The notes beneath the pieces were generated by a model. The model saw nothing but the letters and a program-made list of their open reading frames with translations. It was not told where the DNA came from and ran no database searches. A DNA stretch of 64,000 bases from Vulcanimicrobiota bacterium (lineage in GTDB: Bacteria; Vulcanimicrobiota; Vulcanimicrobiia; Vulcanimicrobiales; Vulcanimicrobiaceae): the NCBI GenBank assembly GCA_963714015.1, contig OY970223.1, positions 3,008,001-3,072,000 on the forward strand, given 5' to 3'. This document shows, in pieces, positions 31,290-41,685 of this stretch. The number at the start of each line of letters is the position of its first letter. Within the stretch, counting starts at the first letter, position 1. The translations under genes were made by a program, and so were the position numbers.

Positions 31290-33438
31290 TCACGTCCCCT
31301 TTTCGGCGCCCAAGTAGCGAATCCACTTGAAAAACAGCGCCGGCGTCGTCGCAAGGCTGTTCGGATCGCCGTATACGACGTAAAATTCGTTCTTTGCCGC
31401 AAGGAAGTGAAAGGCCGCGCTCACGTTGCCGGCGCTGACGTAGTCGAACGGATAAAAGCCGTTGACCGTCCCATCGGGGTTCTGCGGTGTAATCGCGGGA
31501 TCGGGAGGCAAAAATGAGTTCGGGAGATTGCGCCCGATAATTCGCCGCGTACCGAAGTCAAATGAAGTCTCGCGGCTGAACTGCCAATCGATGCTCGCGC
31601 GCTCCAACCACTGCTTCGCGTCTGACGTAACGCCTCTCTCCAAGAATGGCGAGGCATACGCGTTTTCATCCAATTCAAGCGAAAGCGTCACGCGCTTGGC
31701 AATCGGCTGCGTCGTCAAGTACGTCCACGACGTCAAGCGGCCGTGATAGTACGGTCCGGCATTAAAGGTCACGCGCGTCGGAGTCGACGTAGCCCCTTTG
31801 TAACTCACGGCAAAGCCGTTCTGATTGAACGGCAAGAACTCGCCGTCCGCAACCTGCAACCCCGTCGCATTTACGGACATATTCAGAGAAATCTGATCTT
31901 TGAAATCGAGCGTCACGCTGCCCTGCGAACCGGCCGAGTCAAGCTCGCCGAATCGATTGTACTGCCGGTTTCCTCCGCCGTTGACGACGATGTCGTGAAG
32001 GCCCGAGGTCGGCGAAAAGTTGAATGTCTGCGCACCGAGATACAGCAGCCCCTCGACGTCCGGCTGCATGACGTACCCGTCGACCGGCAAGAACTGCGCG
32101 CCGACGTCCTCATAACCGACGAACGCCGTGGATGTTTTGGTCGTATATCCCAAGCTGTACTCAAGGTATTGCCCGAGCCCGCTGTCCGTGACGTTCGTAC
32201 CCGAATCCGATCCCGCGTTCAGGGCGACCACGACATGAGAGCGCTGATTCATCGCATAACTGGTGAGCGCCGTCACGTCGTCGTTGAAGCCGGGAAGGTT
32301 CGCCCCAATGTGCTGGACGTTGGCCGCATACGCGACGTTGTCGTTCTGAAGGTTATAGGTAAGGGTTTCACCGTTATCGCTGCGCCCGTTGCCGACAGCG
32401 TTGAATGCGGCAAACGAGTACGGTCCCTGTGTCCCCTCATATGCATATCCGTCGCGAAACGTCGGAATCGCCGGCGTGTAGAGAATCGTCGGGCAGTTCA
32501 GGCAAATAGATGGAGAATTGAAATTCGAACCCACTTGCGTAAAGAACGGCCGCACCTCTTGAAATTGGCGCTGAAACGCATTCGGTGAGATCGTCTGCTG
32601 GTCGATCTCGACGTTCGAGTAATCAGGATGAAACGTCCCAACGAACGATGACGTCGGAGTGACGGGAATCGACACGTCGGCGCCGACCCGTGAGGTGTTT
32701 CCGCCGTACTGCGGGGTCGTCGCCTCGCCGAGAGCGTAGAGGCTGAAGTCTCGGCCGCGGCCTGGTCGCCGCCGCATTCTGCGTCACGGGCGCGATGCCG
32801 TTCAAAACCCCTGCATACACCGGATCCACGGACGCCTGCTGTCCGCGCATGTGCGACCAGACTTGTATAGTTCCGTTCGCTACGATGCCTTGCGTGAACT
32901 GCGCTTTCCACGAGTGCGAACCGCCGCTTCGCATTATGTCGAACGGAATGTGCATCGTCACGCTGTAGCCGCGCGCGGTTCGGGCGGCCGCAGCCGTCCA
33001 TTGCGGCGCATAAGCGCTGTTCTCGCTGGACGACTGATAACGCGCTCCTAACGCGTTCGCGCCGAATGCGTACTGGAATCCTTGCGTGCCTTGCGGGTAG
33101 AGATAGACGGCCACGTAGTCGTCGTTCAGGACGGCGGGTCCGTTCGTGTGCGCCGATGCCGTCAACGGCTCGCTTTGCACGGCGTCGAACGCAAAATCGA
33201 TGCCGGACGGATCCTGCGCCACGTAGACGCTGCTCGGTTCACCCGCCCGCAGGAAGGTGAAATCGAAGTCGACCGGCAGTTTGATCGCGCCCGCCCATGA
33301 CGCATCGATGACGCCGTGCATGTGCGGCGCGGCATGCAACACCGGCACGGTCACCGAAAACGGCTCAGCTGCATCGGCGCGCGCGCCGAGAGAGAGCACC
33401 GTCACTAGAACGGCGCAGCCAAAAACACCAAAACGCAT
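31290..33438 (-). CDS. CBM9-like/DUF5916-type outer-membrane protein, frameshift near 32750
   Basis: N-terminal signal and CBM9-like DDYVAVYLYP...TMHIPF; C-terminal HPDYSNVEID...EVRPFF beta-barrel-like part. Confidence 0.75.
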
Positions 33439-33439
33439 G

Positions 33440-34162
33440 CTAAATCGCTTCGGCTCGCTGCCAGAGTGCGATGGCCAGCACGCACGTAATTATGGCGATG
33501 GCGATCAGGAGCGGCGCCTCCCAGACGGTGCCGAGCCACTGCAGCGACGCGGAAACGCTGTCCATCGTGTACTTATGTTGTTCCCATCCGGATACAGCCG
33601 CTGCCGTATTGGAAACCGCAACCGGATTGACGACGATCGGAGCCCGCAAGATCGCGCCCAATGCGCTTTGCCATTGCGCCAGATTCATCCATAGGATGAG
33701 GGCGGGCAGCGCGATGACGCCGAAGTATGGAACGCGCCGGCCAAGCATGCTCAGTAATGCGCCCCACCCGTAGACCGCGTATGGCATGGAAAGTCCCCAA
33801 GCGATCTCGCCCGCGCTTGGCGCATCCGACACTTTCAGACAGATATGAAACACAAGGAAAGCTAAGCAGAAGGAAGCCGTAATTCCGGCGAGATCTACTG
33901 CAACTGCTTGCAATGCGACCCTCCACCGTGCCGCGGGAAGGACCCATAGCACCCGTGACGCCTCCCGTGACGCATTGCCCAACGCGACGCAGAAGATTGA
34001 AGCGAAGATCGATGCAGCCCAGCTCGCAACGAGGCACAGCGCGCCGGCATCGGCCCTTCCGGGTCCGTGTGACCAGACGACGACCGCGATCGCAAGCATC
34101 ACGAGCAGCCCCGTATACCATGCTAGGGCTTTGCGCATGACCAAGTACTCTCGATAGATCAT
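33440..34162 (-). CDS. ABC transporter permease (putative)
   Basis: 6 TM; overlaps the ATPase stop. Confidence 0.7.
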   Translation of the reverse strand: MIYREYLVMRKALAWYTGLLVMLAIAVVVWSHGPGRADAGALCLVASWAASIFASIFCVALGNASREASRVLWVLPAARWRVALQAVAVDLAGITASFCLAFLVFHICLKVSDAPSAGEIAWGLSMPYAVYGWGALLSMLGRRVPYFGVIALPALILWMNLAQWQSALGAILRAPIVVNPVAVSNTAAAVSGWEQHKYTMDSVSASLQWLGTVWEAPLLIAIAIITCVLAIALWQRAEAI

Positions 34163-34989
34163 CCTCGCCGCTCCTTTGCTGCGTCTACCGTTGTAAAGAA
34201 GATGTGCTCCAAGTTCATGGCGCGCCGGTTCACCGTAACCGGAGAAAGCGCGCGCAGCTGCGCCTCGATCTCGGCGACGTCGCCGTTCGCGTAGCGGCGC
34301 TCCAATCGTCCGTCATCGAAAACCGCCTCTACCACAAATCGTCGAGCGCGCAGATCGTCGACGTCGGCCTCGAGCGCAAGCCGGCCGCGGTCGAGAATGG
34401 CAATCCGCTCCGCTGCTTGCTCGACATGTCCGATCTGATGAGATGAAAAGAGAATGGTGACGCCGTCCGCCGCAGCGCTGACGATCGTATCGAGCAGACG
34501 ATACTGGAGTACGGGGTCGAGTCCGGTCGCCGGCTCGTCGAGAATCATGAGTTCCGGCCGTTGCGAAAACGCAAGTGCGAGCGCGACGGCCTGACGCTGA
34601 CCTTTCGAAAGTGCGCGCAACCGCCGTTCCGGTTCGATCTCAAACCGCTCGCTCAAATCCCTCATTAGGTCGCGGTCGAAACGGGAAAAACAGCGGCGCC
34701 GAAACTCGGCGTGCTGCCGCACGGTCATCCAACCGTCGAGGCAGTTGATCTCGGGCACGTAGGCAATGCGGTCGAACATTCGCGGATGGAGCCGCTCGCC
34801 GAAAACTTCGACCTCACCGGACGTTTTCGAAGTCAGACCTAGGACGCACCCGATTGCAGTACTCTTGCCGGCACCGTTACGGCCGAGCAATCCGAGGACA
34901 GTGCCGGGATTGACGTCAAGGGAGAGGTCGTCGACGGCAAGGCGGCCGCCGAAGCGTTTTGTAAGGTGTGCAATGCGTAGTGGAATCAT
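34159..34989 (-). CDS. ABC transporter ATP-binding protein
   Basis: GRNGAGKS, LSKGQ, ILDEP, SSH. Confidence 0.93.
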   Translation of the reverse strand: MIPLRIAHLTKRFGGRLAVDDLSLDVNPGTVLGLLGRNGAGKSTAIGCVLGLTSKTSGEVEVFGERLHPRMFDRIAYVPEINCLDGWMTVRQHAEFRRRCFSRFDRDLMRDLSERFEIEPERRLRALSKGQRQAVALALAFSQRPELMILDEPATGLDPVLQYRLLDTIVSAAADGVTILFSSHQIGHVEQAAERIAILDRGRLALEADVDDLRARRFVVEAVFDDGRLERRYANGDVAEIEAQLRALSPVTVNRRAMNLEHIFFTTVDAAKERRG

Positions 34990-35399
34990 TGTGCTCCGTC
35001 CGTGCCGTTGCCGCGATACCACGCGTCGATCGCGCGTCGAAAAATCGCGTGTACGGCGTTCTCGTCGACCCCCAGCGAAAATGCCTCGCGAATCGTCGCA
35101 TCCATTGCCGCGTCGACGACGTCACGGGCCCCGGTCTTTGCGGCGCCGTCGGCGGCATCGGCTCGAACGTACGCCCCTCGGCCGGGCAGGCTCCGAATGA
35201 TCTCCAGATGCTCGAGCTCCCGCAGCGAGCGAGAAATCGTCGCGGGATTTACAACCAAATCGCTCGCCATCTGCTTAACGGTCGGCAGCTGTTCCCCGGG
35301 CTTCAAAACCCCAATGGCTACCGCGCGCCGGACCTGTTCGACGATCTGAAGGTAAACCGGCAATCCCCTACTCGGGTCGACATGCATATGTAGTGGCAT
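34986..35399 (-). CDS. GntR family regulator, YtrA subfamily
   Basis: PVYLQI, GEQLPTVKQMA, VNPATI, GRG; short C-terminus; upstream of ABC genes. Confidence 0.92.
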   Translation of the reverse strand: MPLHMHVDPSRGLPVYLQIVEQVRRAVAIGVLKPGEQLPTVKQMASDLVVNPATISRSLRELEHLEIIRSLPGRGAYVRADAADGAAKTGARDVVDAAMDATIREAFSLGVDENAVHAIFRRAIDAWYRGNGTDGAQ

Positions 35400-35413
35400 A
35401 ATTAACTAGGTAA

Positions 35414-35459
35414 TGTACTAGTTAGCTAGTATAATACCGGGCAATTGGTTTGCTGTCAA
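35414..35459 (-). promoter_or_regulatory. Sigma70 promoter TTGACA-N17-TATTAT with overlapping YtrA-type operator
   Basis: -35 at 35459..35454, -10 at 35436..35431; palindrome TACTAG-TTAG-CTAGTA at 35416..35431. Confidence 0.8.
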
Positions 35460-35513
35460 GCGGCCATCCCCGTCGCGGTCCGCTTAAGGGGTGACCGGGA
35501 CTGCGGGCGGCGC

Positions 35514-36485
35514 CTAACGGGAACTTAGGCCGGAAAGCTCCGCCGTCAGCATGTCCACAACAAGCTGCGGATCTTCGACCTTACCGGTGACGATTGAGTC
35601 AAATGCGGAAACGGCGCGTTCGAAAGCTCGGCGCGCGCGTTTCTCGCCGACGCGGATGGCGATTGGGCGAAGGGCGCGTTCTCTCCACCGCAGGCGCGCC
35701 GGTATTTCGCCGCCTTTGCGCGCGAGTTCCCATAGCAAGCCGCACTCCGTCGCAAGCGCATAGATGAGCGGCACCGCGGCGTTGCGATCGTTGGCGAAAA
35801 GTTCGTGCGCGATGCCTAGCGCTTCACCGACACGCCCTTCCACCAGCGCGCCGGCGTACTGATAAGCCTTGGGATCTTCGATCGTCAGACTCTCTTGCTC
35901 CAGGTCTTTGTACGAAATGCGCCGCCCGCCCAAAGCGAGTTTTTCCAAGTCGTTTCTCACCGATCCCAAGTTTGCTTCGCTGCGTGAAAGCGTGTCGATC
36001 ACGCGCGGTTCGGCGGTTGCTTTGAGTTCGGCTAGGGTCTCCGTGATGAACCGGGTGCGCACGTCTTCGTTGGCGGTCGTATCGATGCGCAGTGCGCCGC
36101 GTCCCGCCATCGCGCCGAACGGCTGCGGCCGCTGTGCGCGCGGCGAAAGCAGATCGCAGATCACCAGGGTGTTGCCTTCAGGAACGCTCTCGGCGACTTC
36201 CCACAATTCCCGGCGCATCGCCGCCTTTAGGCTCTGCGCATCGGTTACGGCAACCACCCGCGAAGCAGCCAAAAACGGCATAGCCTGCACCGCTTCCCGG
36301 ATGCGGCCCGTGTTGTCGATTTGACCGGCCGCGTAACGTTCCAGATTCATGTCGCGCAAATCGGCGGGCAGTATGCGGTCGATCACGGTCTCGAGCGCTC
36401 GATCGGCCAAAGTTCGCTCGGTGCCCTCGATGATGACGAGCTTTCCGATGGCCGGCGATTTTTCAATGAAATCGTAGAACTTCAC
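35514..36485 (-). CDS. holA: DNA polymerase III delta subunit
   Basis: IIEGTE, AMPFLAASRVV, NDLEKL pattern; 323 aa. Confidence 0.85.
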   Translation of the reverse strand: MKFYDFIEKSPAIGKLVIIEGTERTLADRALETVIDRILPADLRDMNLERYAAGQIDNTGRIREAVQAMPFLAASRVVAVTDAQSLKAAMRRELWEVAESVPEGNTLVICDLLSPRAQRPQPFGAMAGRGALRIDTTANEDVRTRFITETLAELKATAEPRVIDTLSRSEANLGSVRNDLEKLALGGRRISYKDLEQESLTIEDPKAYQYAGALVEGRVGEALGIAHELFANDRNAAVPLIYALATECGLLWELARKGGEIPARLRWRERALRPIAIRVGEKRARRAFERAVSAFDSIVTGKVEDPQLVVDMLTAELSGLSSR

Positions 36486-36569
36486 GTCGCGGCAGTTCCC
36501 GATGCGGCTTCATTGTCCATCCGCGCCGAAGAGGGGGTTGAACCGGGAAGCGGCCAACAAAGCAATTTA

Positions 36570-36815
36570 ATGAAGGGCGACGATATAGCGAAGATCTCCG
36601 AGAGCTTTCGCATTCGTTACGGCGAGTTCCAGGCCACCGGTCTTCCCGCCGTCATCTGCGCCTTCGGGATCGTTATCGTGGCAACCGGTCTGGCCAATCT
36701 GCTGCGGAACAATGCCGAGGCCGCACTGCGCGGGCTGGTCTTCGCGCGTACTTCCGGCCGCGCGCAACAGCCTTCCGAGCCTCGTTCCGAACACCGGCGC
36801 ACCTCGCCGATCTAG
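36570..36815 (+). CDS. Small hypothetical membrane protein
   Basis: ATG 36570, one hydrophobic segment, fills the gap between holA and mtnA. Confidence 0.4.
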   Translation: MKGDDIAKISESFRIRYGEFQATGLPAVICAFGIVIVATGLANLLRNNAEAALRGLVFARTSGRAQQPSEPRSEHRRTSPI

Positions 36816-37822
36816 CCGACAGCCGCTACGTTCGGACGGAGTTCGAGATTGGGGATCTCGTCCGCATAGGGCGGATGAATGATGCCGTATTCCGTGATGA
36901 ACGCCGCGATCAGATGTCCCGGCGTCACGTCGAACGCCGGATTGTACGCGCGCGCCCCTTCCGGAGCGATGCGCGTTCCGCCGAACACCGCCACTTCGTC
37001 GGCGGGACGCTCCTCAATTGGAATCTCTGCGCCGTTTTCAAGCGCGAAATCAAACGTCGAACGCGGCGCCGCAACGTAGAACGGAATCCCGTGGTGCGCG
37101 GCTGCAATCGCGAGTCCATAGGTTCCAACTTTATTCGCCGTATCACCGTTGCGGCAGATCCTATCGGCGCCGACGATGACGAGGTCGATTCCGCAGCGCT
37201 GCATCGTCATAGCGGCGGCGCCGTCCACGATGAGCGTCGCGTTCACGCCGGCTTGCTGCAGCTCATAATAGGTAAGCCGGGCACCCTGCAGCAGCGGCCG
37301 GGTTTCATCGACGTACACAACAGGACGTTTGCCGTCACGCGCGGCTTGAATGATGACGCCCAGAGCCGTGCCGCCGCCGGCAGTGGCAATAGGTCCGGTA
37401 TTGCAGTGGGTCAAGATGCGCGCGTTCTCCGGAACCAGATCTGCGCCCGCTGCGGCGATTCGGGCGTCCATGCTCCGCTGTTCGGCATGAATCGCTTGCG
37501 CTTCGGCAAGCATATCGGAAGCGGCGAGGACGCGATCGACCGCCCACCTCAAATTTACCGCTGTTGGGCGCGCGTCCCGAAGCCGCTGAGCGGCTGCGTT
37601 AAACGCCGCGTCATCCCCAATATTGGTACGCAGCAGCGCGATTCCGTAGGCGCCGAATACTCCGATGCAAGGCGCACCGCGAACTTCAAGCGTTTTGATT
37701 GCGCTCTCCAGTTCGTCGATGGTCGAAGCGCGGCGCACCAGCGCTTCGTGCGGAAGCCGTCGCTGATCGAGATACTCGACCGCATCGCCGGCCCAACGAA
37801 CCGCATCCAAACAGTCATCCAT
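36812..37822 (-). CDS. mtnA: S-methyl-5-thioribose-1-phosphate isomerase
   Basis: LDQRRLP, VRGAP, RPTAVNL, THCNTG, ETRPLLQGARLT, NPAFDVTP. Confidence 0.96.
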   Translation of the reverse strand: MDDCLDAVRWAGDAVEYLDQRRLPHEALVRRASTIDELESAIKTLEVRGAPCIGVFGAYGIALLRTNIGDDAAFNAAAQRLRDARPTAVNLRWAVDRVLAASDMLAEAQAIHAEQRSMDARIAAAGADLVPENARILTHCNTGPIATAGGGTALGVIIQAARDGKRPVVYVDETRPLLQGARLTYYELQQAGVNATLIVDGAAAMTMQRCGIDLVIVGADRICRNGDTANKVGTYGLAIAAAHHGIPFYVAAPRSTFDFALENGAEIPIEERPADEVAVFGGTRIAPEGARAYNPAFDVTPGHLIAAFITEYGIIHPPYADEIPNLELRPNVAAVG

Positions 37823-37850
37823 CGCGCCGCCTTTTCGTCGCGCACAAACA

Positions 37851-37875
37851 AAAAGCCGCGCTGAGCGCGGCTTTT
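37851..37875. terminator. Intrinsic terminator (bidirectional-looking)
   Basis: AAAAGCCGCG-CTGAG-CGCGGCTTTT hairpin just downstream of 37896. Confidence 0.8.
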
Positions 37876-37895
37876 GCTCCTTCGACGCTCAAACG

Positions 37896-38195
37896 TCAGA
37901 CGGCTGCGGGCGCTCCATGCGCCGTGAAGCAGGCGCGGCAATAGACCGGCCGATCTCCACGCGGACGGAACGGAACGGTTGTGGTCGTTCCGCACTCCGC
38001 GCAGACGGCTTCGTAGTTGGGACGCGCACCAGCTGACGCAGGGGCACCAGACCCTTGGCCTTTTCGTAATTGACGGCAATCGCGGCAGCGCTGCGGTTCG
38101 TTTTGAAAACCTTTTTCGGCGTAAAATTGCTGGTCGCGGACGGAGAATACAAAACTATGTCCGCATTCTTTACAAATCAGATTCTTGTCTTCCAA
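37896..38195 (-). CDS. Zinc-ribbon (zf-trcl / CxxC-x17-CxxC) protein
   Basis: CKECG...FYAEKGF.NEP.RC..CR and CAECG...VPFRP...PVYC..CF; TTG start with GGAGG. Confidence 0.9.
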   Translation of the reverse strand: MEDKNLICKECGHSFVFSVRDQQFYAEKGFQNEPQRCRDCRQLRKGQGSGAPASAGARPNYEAVCAECGTTTTVPFRPRGDRPVYCRACFTAHGAPAAV

Positions 38196-38282
38196 AGGAC
38201 TGGGCCTCCACGAAAGTAGCGAGCCGACACTATGCGACTTGTGTCGGAGAGATTCCTCGCCTGGTTGCGCGGCTTAGCGGAC

Positions 38283-38793
38283 CTATCGTCGAAAGCCGAG
38301 CGGCTCGTGGGGCTGTTCCTTGGGCACCTGCAGCAAGGCGGCGGCTGCAAGGGCCGCTTCGTAACCTTTATCACCTTTTTTGGGGTCGCGCCCGCTCTTC
38401 TGCTTGCAGCAAGTTCTCGGTTGTTAAGACACCGAATCCAATCGGCACCCCAGTCGCGAGCTGCACCGTCATGATGCCGCGCGCGCACTCGCCCGCCACG
38501 TAGTTGAAGTGCGGCGTCTCTCCCCGAATAACGGCCCCAAGCGCGACGACCGCATCCAAGCGATCGTCGGCTTCGATGAGCCGCTTGGCCGCGAGCGGCA
38601 ATTCGAAGCATCCCGGCACGCGGTAAACCGTTACGTCCTCTTCGCGCACATTGCAATCGCGCAAGGCGCGGCGCGCTCCATCTTCGAGCCACTCTGCCAG
38701 TTGGTCGTAGAACTGCGCGACGACGAGAGCAAAGCGTTTCCCGGCAACGTCGTAATGCGCGACAGGCGATCCGTTTTGTTTTTTAGCCATCAA
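38283..38793 (-). CDS. ribH: 6,7-dimethyl-8-ribityllumazine synthase, frameshift near 38390
   Basis: VPGCFELP, LGAVIRGETPHF, FGVLT; the expected tail GDKGYEAALAA continues in another frame to TAG at 38283. Confidence 0.93.
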
Positions 38794-39172
38794 TATTTTC
38801 TATAAGCCGCAGCCGGTTTCCGAACGGATCCAGCAGTTGCATCATTCGGCCCCAAGACTCTTTTTTAATGGCCGGACAACCGGGCGGTTTGGCGCCCAGC
38901 TCCGCCTGCAATGCATCTAGACCAGTCATGTGCACAAGCGAAGTCGAGCCCGGCGTTGCATCCCCGTAATGCTCGGAAAGATGAACGGTTAAGCCGTTCC
39001 GCGAGACTTGCATATACAGCGGTAGCCCTGGTTCAAAGCGATGCTCCCAATCGACCGTGCAGCCCAGATAGTCGATATAGAATTCCTTTGCTTTGTCGAT
39101 ATCGAATATCCGGAAGATCGGAATCGTCTTTGAAAATGTTGCAACGGCGGTATCGGCTGTCGAAGTGTTCAT
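38783..39172 (-). CDS. Glyoxalase/bleomycin-resistance (VOC) protein
   Basis: PIFRIFD, VDWEHRF, HLSEHYGD, DPFGNRL. Confidence 0.88.
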   Translation of the reverse strand: MNTSTADTAVATFSKTIPIFRIFDIDKAKEFYIDYLGCTVDWEHRFEPGLPLYMQVSRNGLTVHLSEHYGDATPGSTSLVHMTGLDALQAELGAKPPGCPAIKKESWGRMMQLLDPFGNRLRLIENIDG

Positions 39173-40605
39173 TAGGTGTGATCTCCGTGCATCAGCGGCC
39201 CTTCCACGGGGATACCGTCGAGCAGATGCCCGAGTTTTGCGCGCTTCGTTGCGATATACCGCTTGTTGTGTGCCGTCGGTTCGGTCTGCATCGGAACCCG
39301 TCCGACGATCCGTATCCCATAGCCTTCGAGCCCAAAGATTTTACGCGGGTTATTGGTAAGGACGCGCATCTCCTTAACGCCTAAGTCGGCCAAAATCTGC
39401 GAACCGATTCCGTAATCCCGTTTGTCCACCGGCAGCCCGAGCGCGAGGTTGGCTTCCACCGTATCGGCCCCCTGATCTTGCAGTTGATACGCTCGCAGTT
39501 TGTTGGCCAGGCCGATGCCGCGCCCTTCCTGACGCAAATACAGAAAAATGCCGCGCCCTTCTTTGGCGATGATTTGCATTGCCCCGTCGCGCTGGGCGGC
39601 GCAGTCACAACGCAGCGAATGGAGCGCGTCGCCGGTCAAACATTCGGAGTGAACGCGCACCAGCAAATCTCTGCCGTCGCCGATCTCACCCATGACGAGT
39701 GCGACATGCGTGTTGCGGTCGATGGAATTTTCAAACGCGTAGCCCCGCCACGTTCCGATTTCGGTCGGCAATTGAAACTCCGCGATGCGATGCAGCAGTT
39801 TCTCCGTGCGCCAACGGTATGCAATGAGATCCTTGACCGTAATAAGCCGCACGCCGTGCTTCTTGGCAAAATCGATTAGGCCGTCCAGCCGCTCCATCGT
39901 GCCGTCTTCCGCCATGATCTCGCAAATTACGCCCGCGGGATACAATCCGGCGAGCCGTGCCAGATCGACCGCCGCTTCGGTTTGACCGGCGCGAACCAGC
40001 ACGCCGCCCTCGCGAGCACGCAGCGGAAAGGTGTGACCGGGTCGCAGCAGATCCGACGGACGTGTTGCCGAATCGAGCAGCGCTTGAATCGTCGCCGATC
40101 GATCGTGTGCCGAAATTCCTGTCGTCGTGCGCCCGCGCGCTTCAACCGAAACGGTGAACGCCGTTTCGTGCACGGCGCTGTTTTCGGAAACCATTTGCGG
40201 CAAATGGAGCTCGTCGAGTCGCCGGCCCGTCATCGGAACGCAGATCAAACCGCCCGCGTACTTGCGCATGAAGTTGATAGCTTCGGGCGTGACCATCTGC
40301 GCGGCCATAACGAGGTCGCCTTCGTTTTCGCGATCCTCGTCGTCGAGCACGATGACCATCTTGCCGGCACGAACGTCTTTGATCGCCTCCTCAATCGAGT
40401 CGAAAGGCGATGCCTTTTCCAGCGAATTGGTCAGGTCGGGCAAGACCTGAGTCAGCCGCTGCAAAGAGCGGTAGGACGGCTCACGCTGCCCGGACCGAAG
40501 GTACGAAATCGCAGCCTCCGTTAGCCCGCTGCGCTCAGCCAGGTCCGCGGCGTTAAGGCCTGCGGCTTCCATAGCCGTATTCAATTCCTCAGCAAAGGGA
40601 CTCAC
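39172..40605 (-). CDS. ribBA: XRE-HTH domain fused to bifunctional DHBP synthase/GTP cyclohydrolase II
   Basis: DDEDRENEGD, RVHSECLTGD, CDC, QEGRGIGL, LTNNPRK; N-terminal ~60 aa LAERSGLTEAAISYLRSGQREP. Confidence 0.95.
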   Translation of the reverse strand: MSPFAEELNTAMEAAGLNAADLAERSGLTEAAISYLRSGQREPSYRSLQRLTQVLPDLTNSLEKASPFDSIEEAIKDVRAGKMVIVLDDEDRENEGDLVMAAQMVTPEAINFMRKYAGGLICVPMTGRRLDELHLPQMVSENSAVHETAFTVSVEARGRTTTGISAHDRSATIQALLDSATRPSDLLRPGHTFPLRAREGGVLVRAGQTEAAVDLARLAGLYPAGVICEIMAEDGTMERLDGLIDFAKKHGVRLITVKDLIAYRWRTEKLLHRIAEFQLPTEIGTWRGYAFENSIDRNTHVALVMGEIGDGRDLLVRVHSECLTGDALHSLRCDCAAQRDGAMQIIAKEGRGIFLYLRQEGRGIGLANKLRAYQLQDQGADTVEANLALGLPVDKRDYGIGSQILADLGVKEMRVLTNNPRKIFGLEGYGIRIVGRVPMQTEPTAHNKRYIATKRAKLGHLLDGIPVEGPLMHGDHT

Positions 40606-40611
40606 GGGCCC

Positions 40612-40641
40612 AGCTTACGCCGCGAACTTAACAACTGTCAA
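40612..40641 (-). promoter_or_regulatory. Putative leaderless ribBA promoter TTGACA-N18-TAAGCT
   Basis: -35 at 40641..40636 spans the target/IS-end junction; -10 at 40617..40612 lies 6 nt before the GTG. Confidence 0.6.
40631..40638 (+). repeat. 8-bp target repeat ACAACTGT, copy 1
   Basis: Identical copies at 42708, 47243 and 49853, each abutting IS terminal repeats. Confidence 0.9.
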
Positions 40642-40690
40642 GGTAACATACTTGGCTCACCAGGGGCCTGGTGTCTGGTAGGATAGAGAG

Positions 40691-41685
40691 ATGGCCCGCG
40701 CTCGCTTCCACGGTTTGCTTGCGGAGATGGAAGACCGACTCGGCGGAAACTACAATTCCGCGCTCCTCGCAGCCATTCTCGCGGTTGCCCCAATGTTCGT
40801 GGTGGCGATGATTCATTCTGCGCTCGCTTGGCGCTGTCTTGAGTCGTTTTGGGTCGCACTAGTTCTAATTTTGCTAGCACGGGTCTTCCGAGTACAAGTT
40901 CGCGTAGCCCTATTGGGTGGTCTTCTCTGGCTTTGCGGTACGCTGGGCAATTTTTGTGCTACCTCCGGTGTCATCGGGTGAAGTGAGTGCCCCTATTCCC
41001 TATCCAACCCCAATGCTGCAAACATGGGACGGAGTTTACTCTGGTTGGGCAACAGAGCGCGGAGCCAAGTTGCCATACTGGGCGGTAAATCTGTGTCTAG
41101 CCAATTTTGGGAATGAAGATGTCAAGGTAGTGACATACGAGACTTCTAAATTAGATTGGAATTATCGCGACGATCCCACGAAAGTGCGGCCGGTAGTGGA
41201 CAAGATGAGGGCGTCACTCGCTGTTCAAGAGGAAAGGGCGGAACACGCCTGGCCCGAGATTTATCATCCCGATGACCCACGATTACTATCCTGTTCGCAA
41301 AGGTTGGGATATTTCAGAAGACATCCGAGACCATTTTACTGGCACGCACTATATTCAGGTACATTCCGATCACGTAGTAGGGCGCGACGAGCAAATGCAA
41401 ATAATGGCTCAGTACAGAATCCTCTACTACGATGTGGATTTTGTAGAAACGAATTCGCGTGGTATGACCACCTGGAACGCTTGCGGAATCGTGGAGTGGC
41501 AAGGCAGTACAACCCCGTGTCCGGAGGCGGGGGTTAAAAAAGTGAACGACGATATTGACGGCGACGAAGCCATGAGGCGGTTTGAAGAACTCGGGACTAA
41601 ATTGTTCCAAATCAAGAAAGACCACGTTGAGGAAATCACTGAGGGGGAACCTGATGACTACTCGAGCCGGAGCCCGGATGAGTAG
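40691..41685 (+). CDS. Passenger hypothetical membrane protein(s), frameshifted over ORFs 40691..40981, 40917..41537 and 41272..41685
   Basis: Lower-GC overlapping ORFs; 3 TM segments at the N-terminus; exact gene number unclear. Confidence 0.5.
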
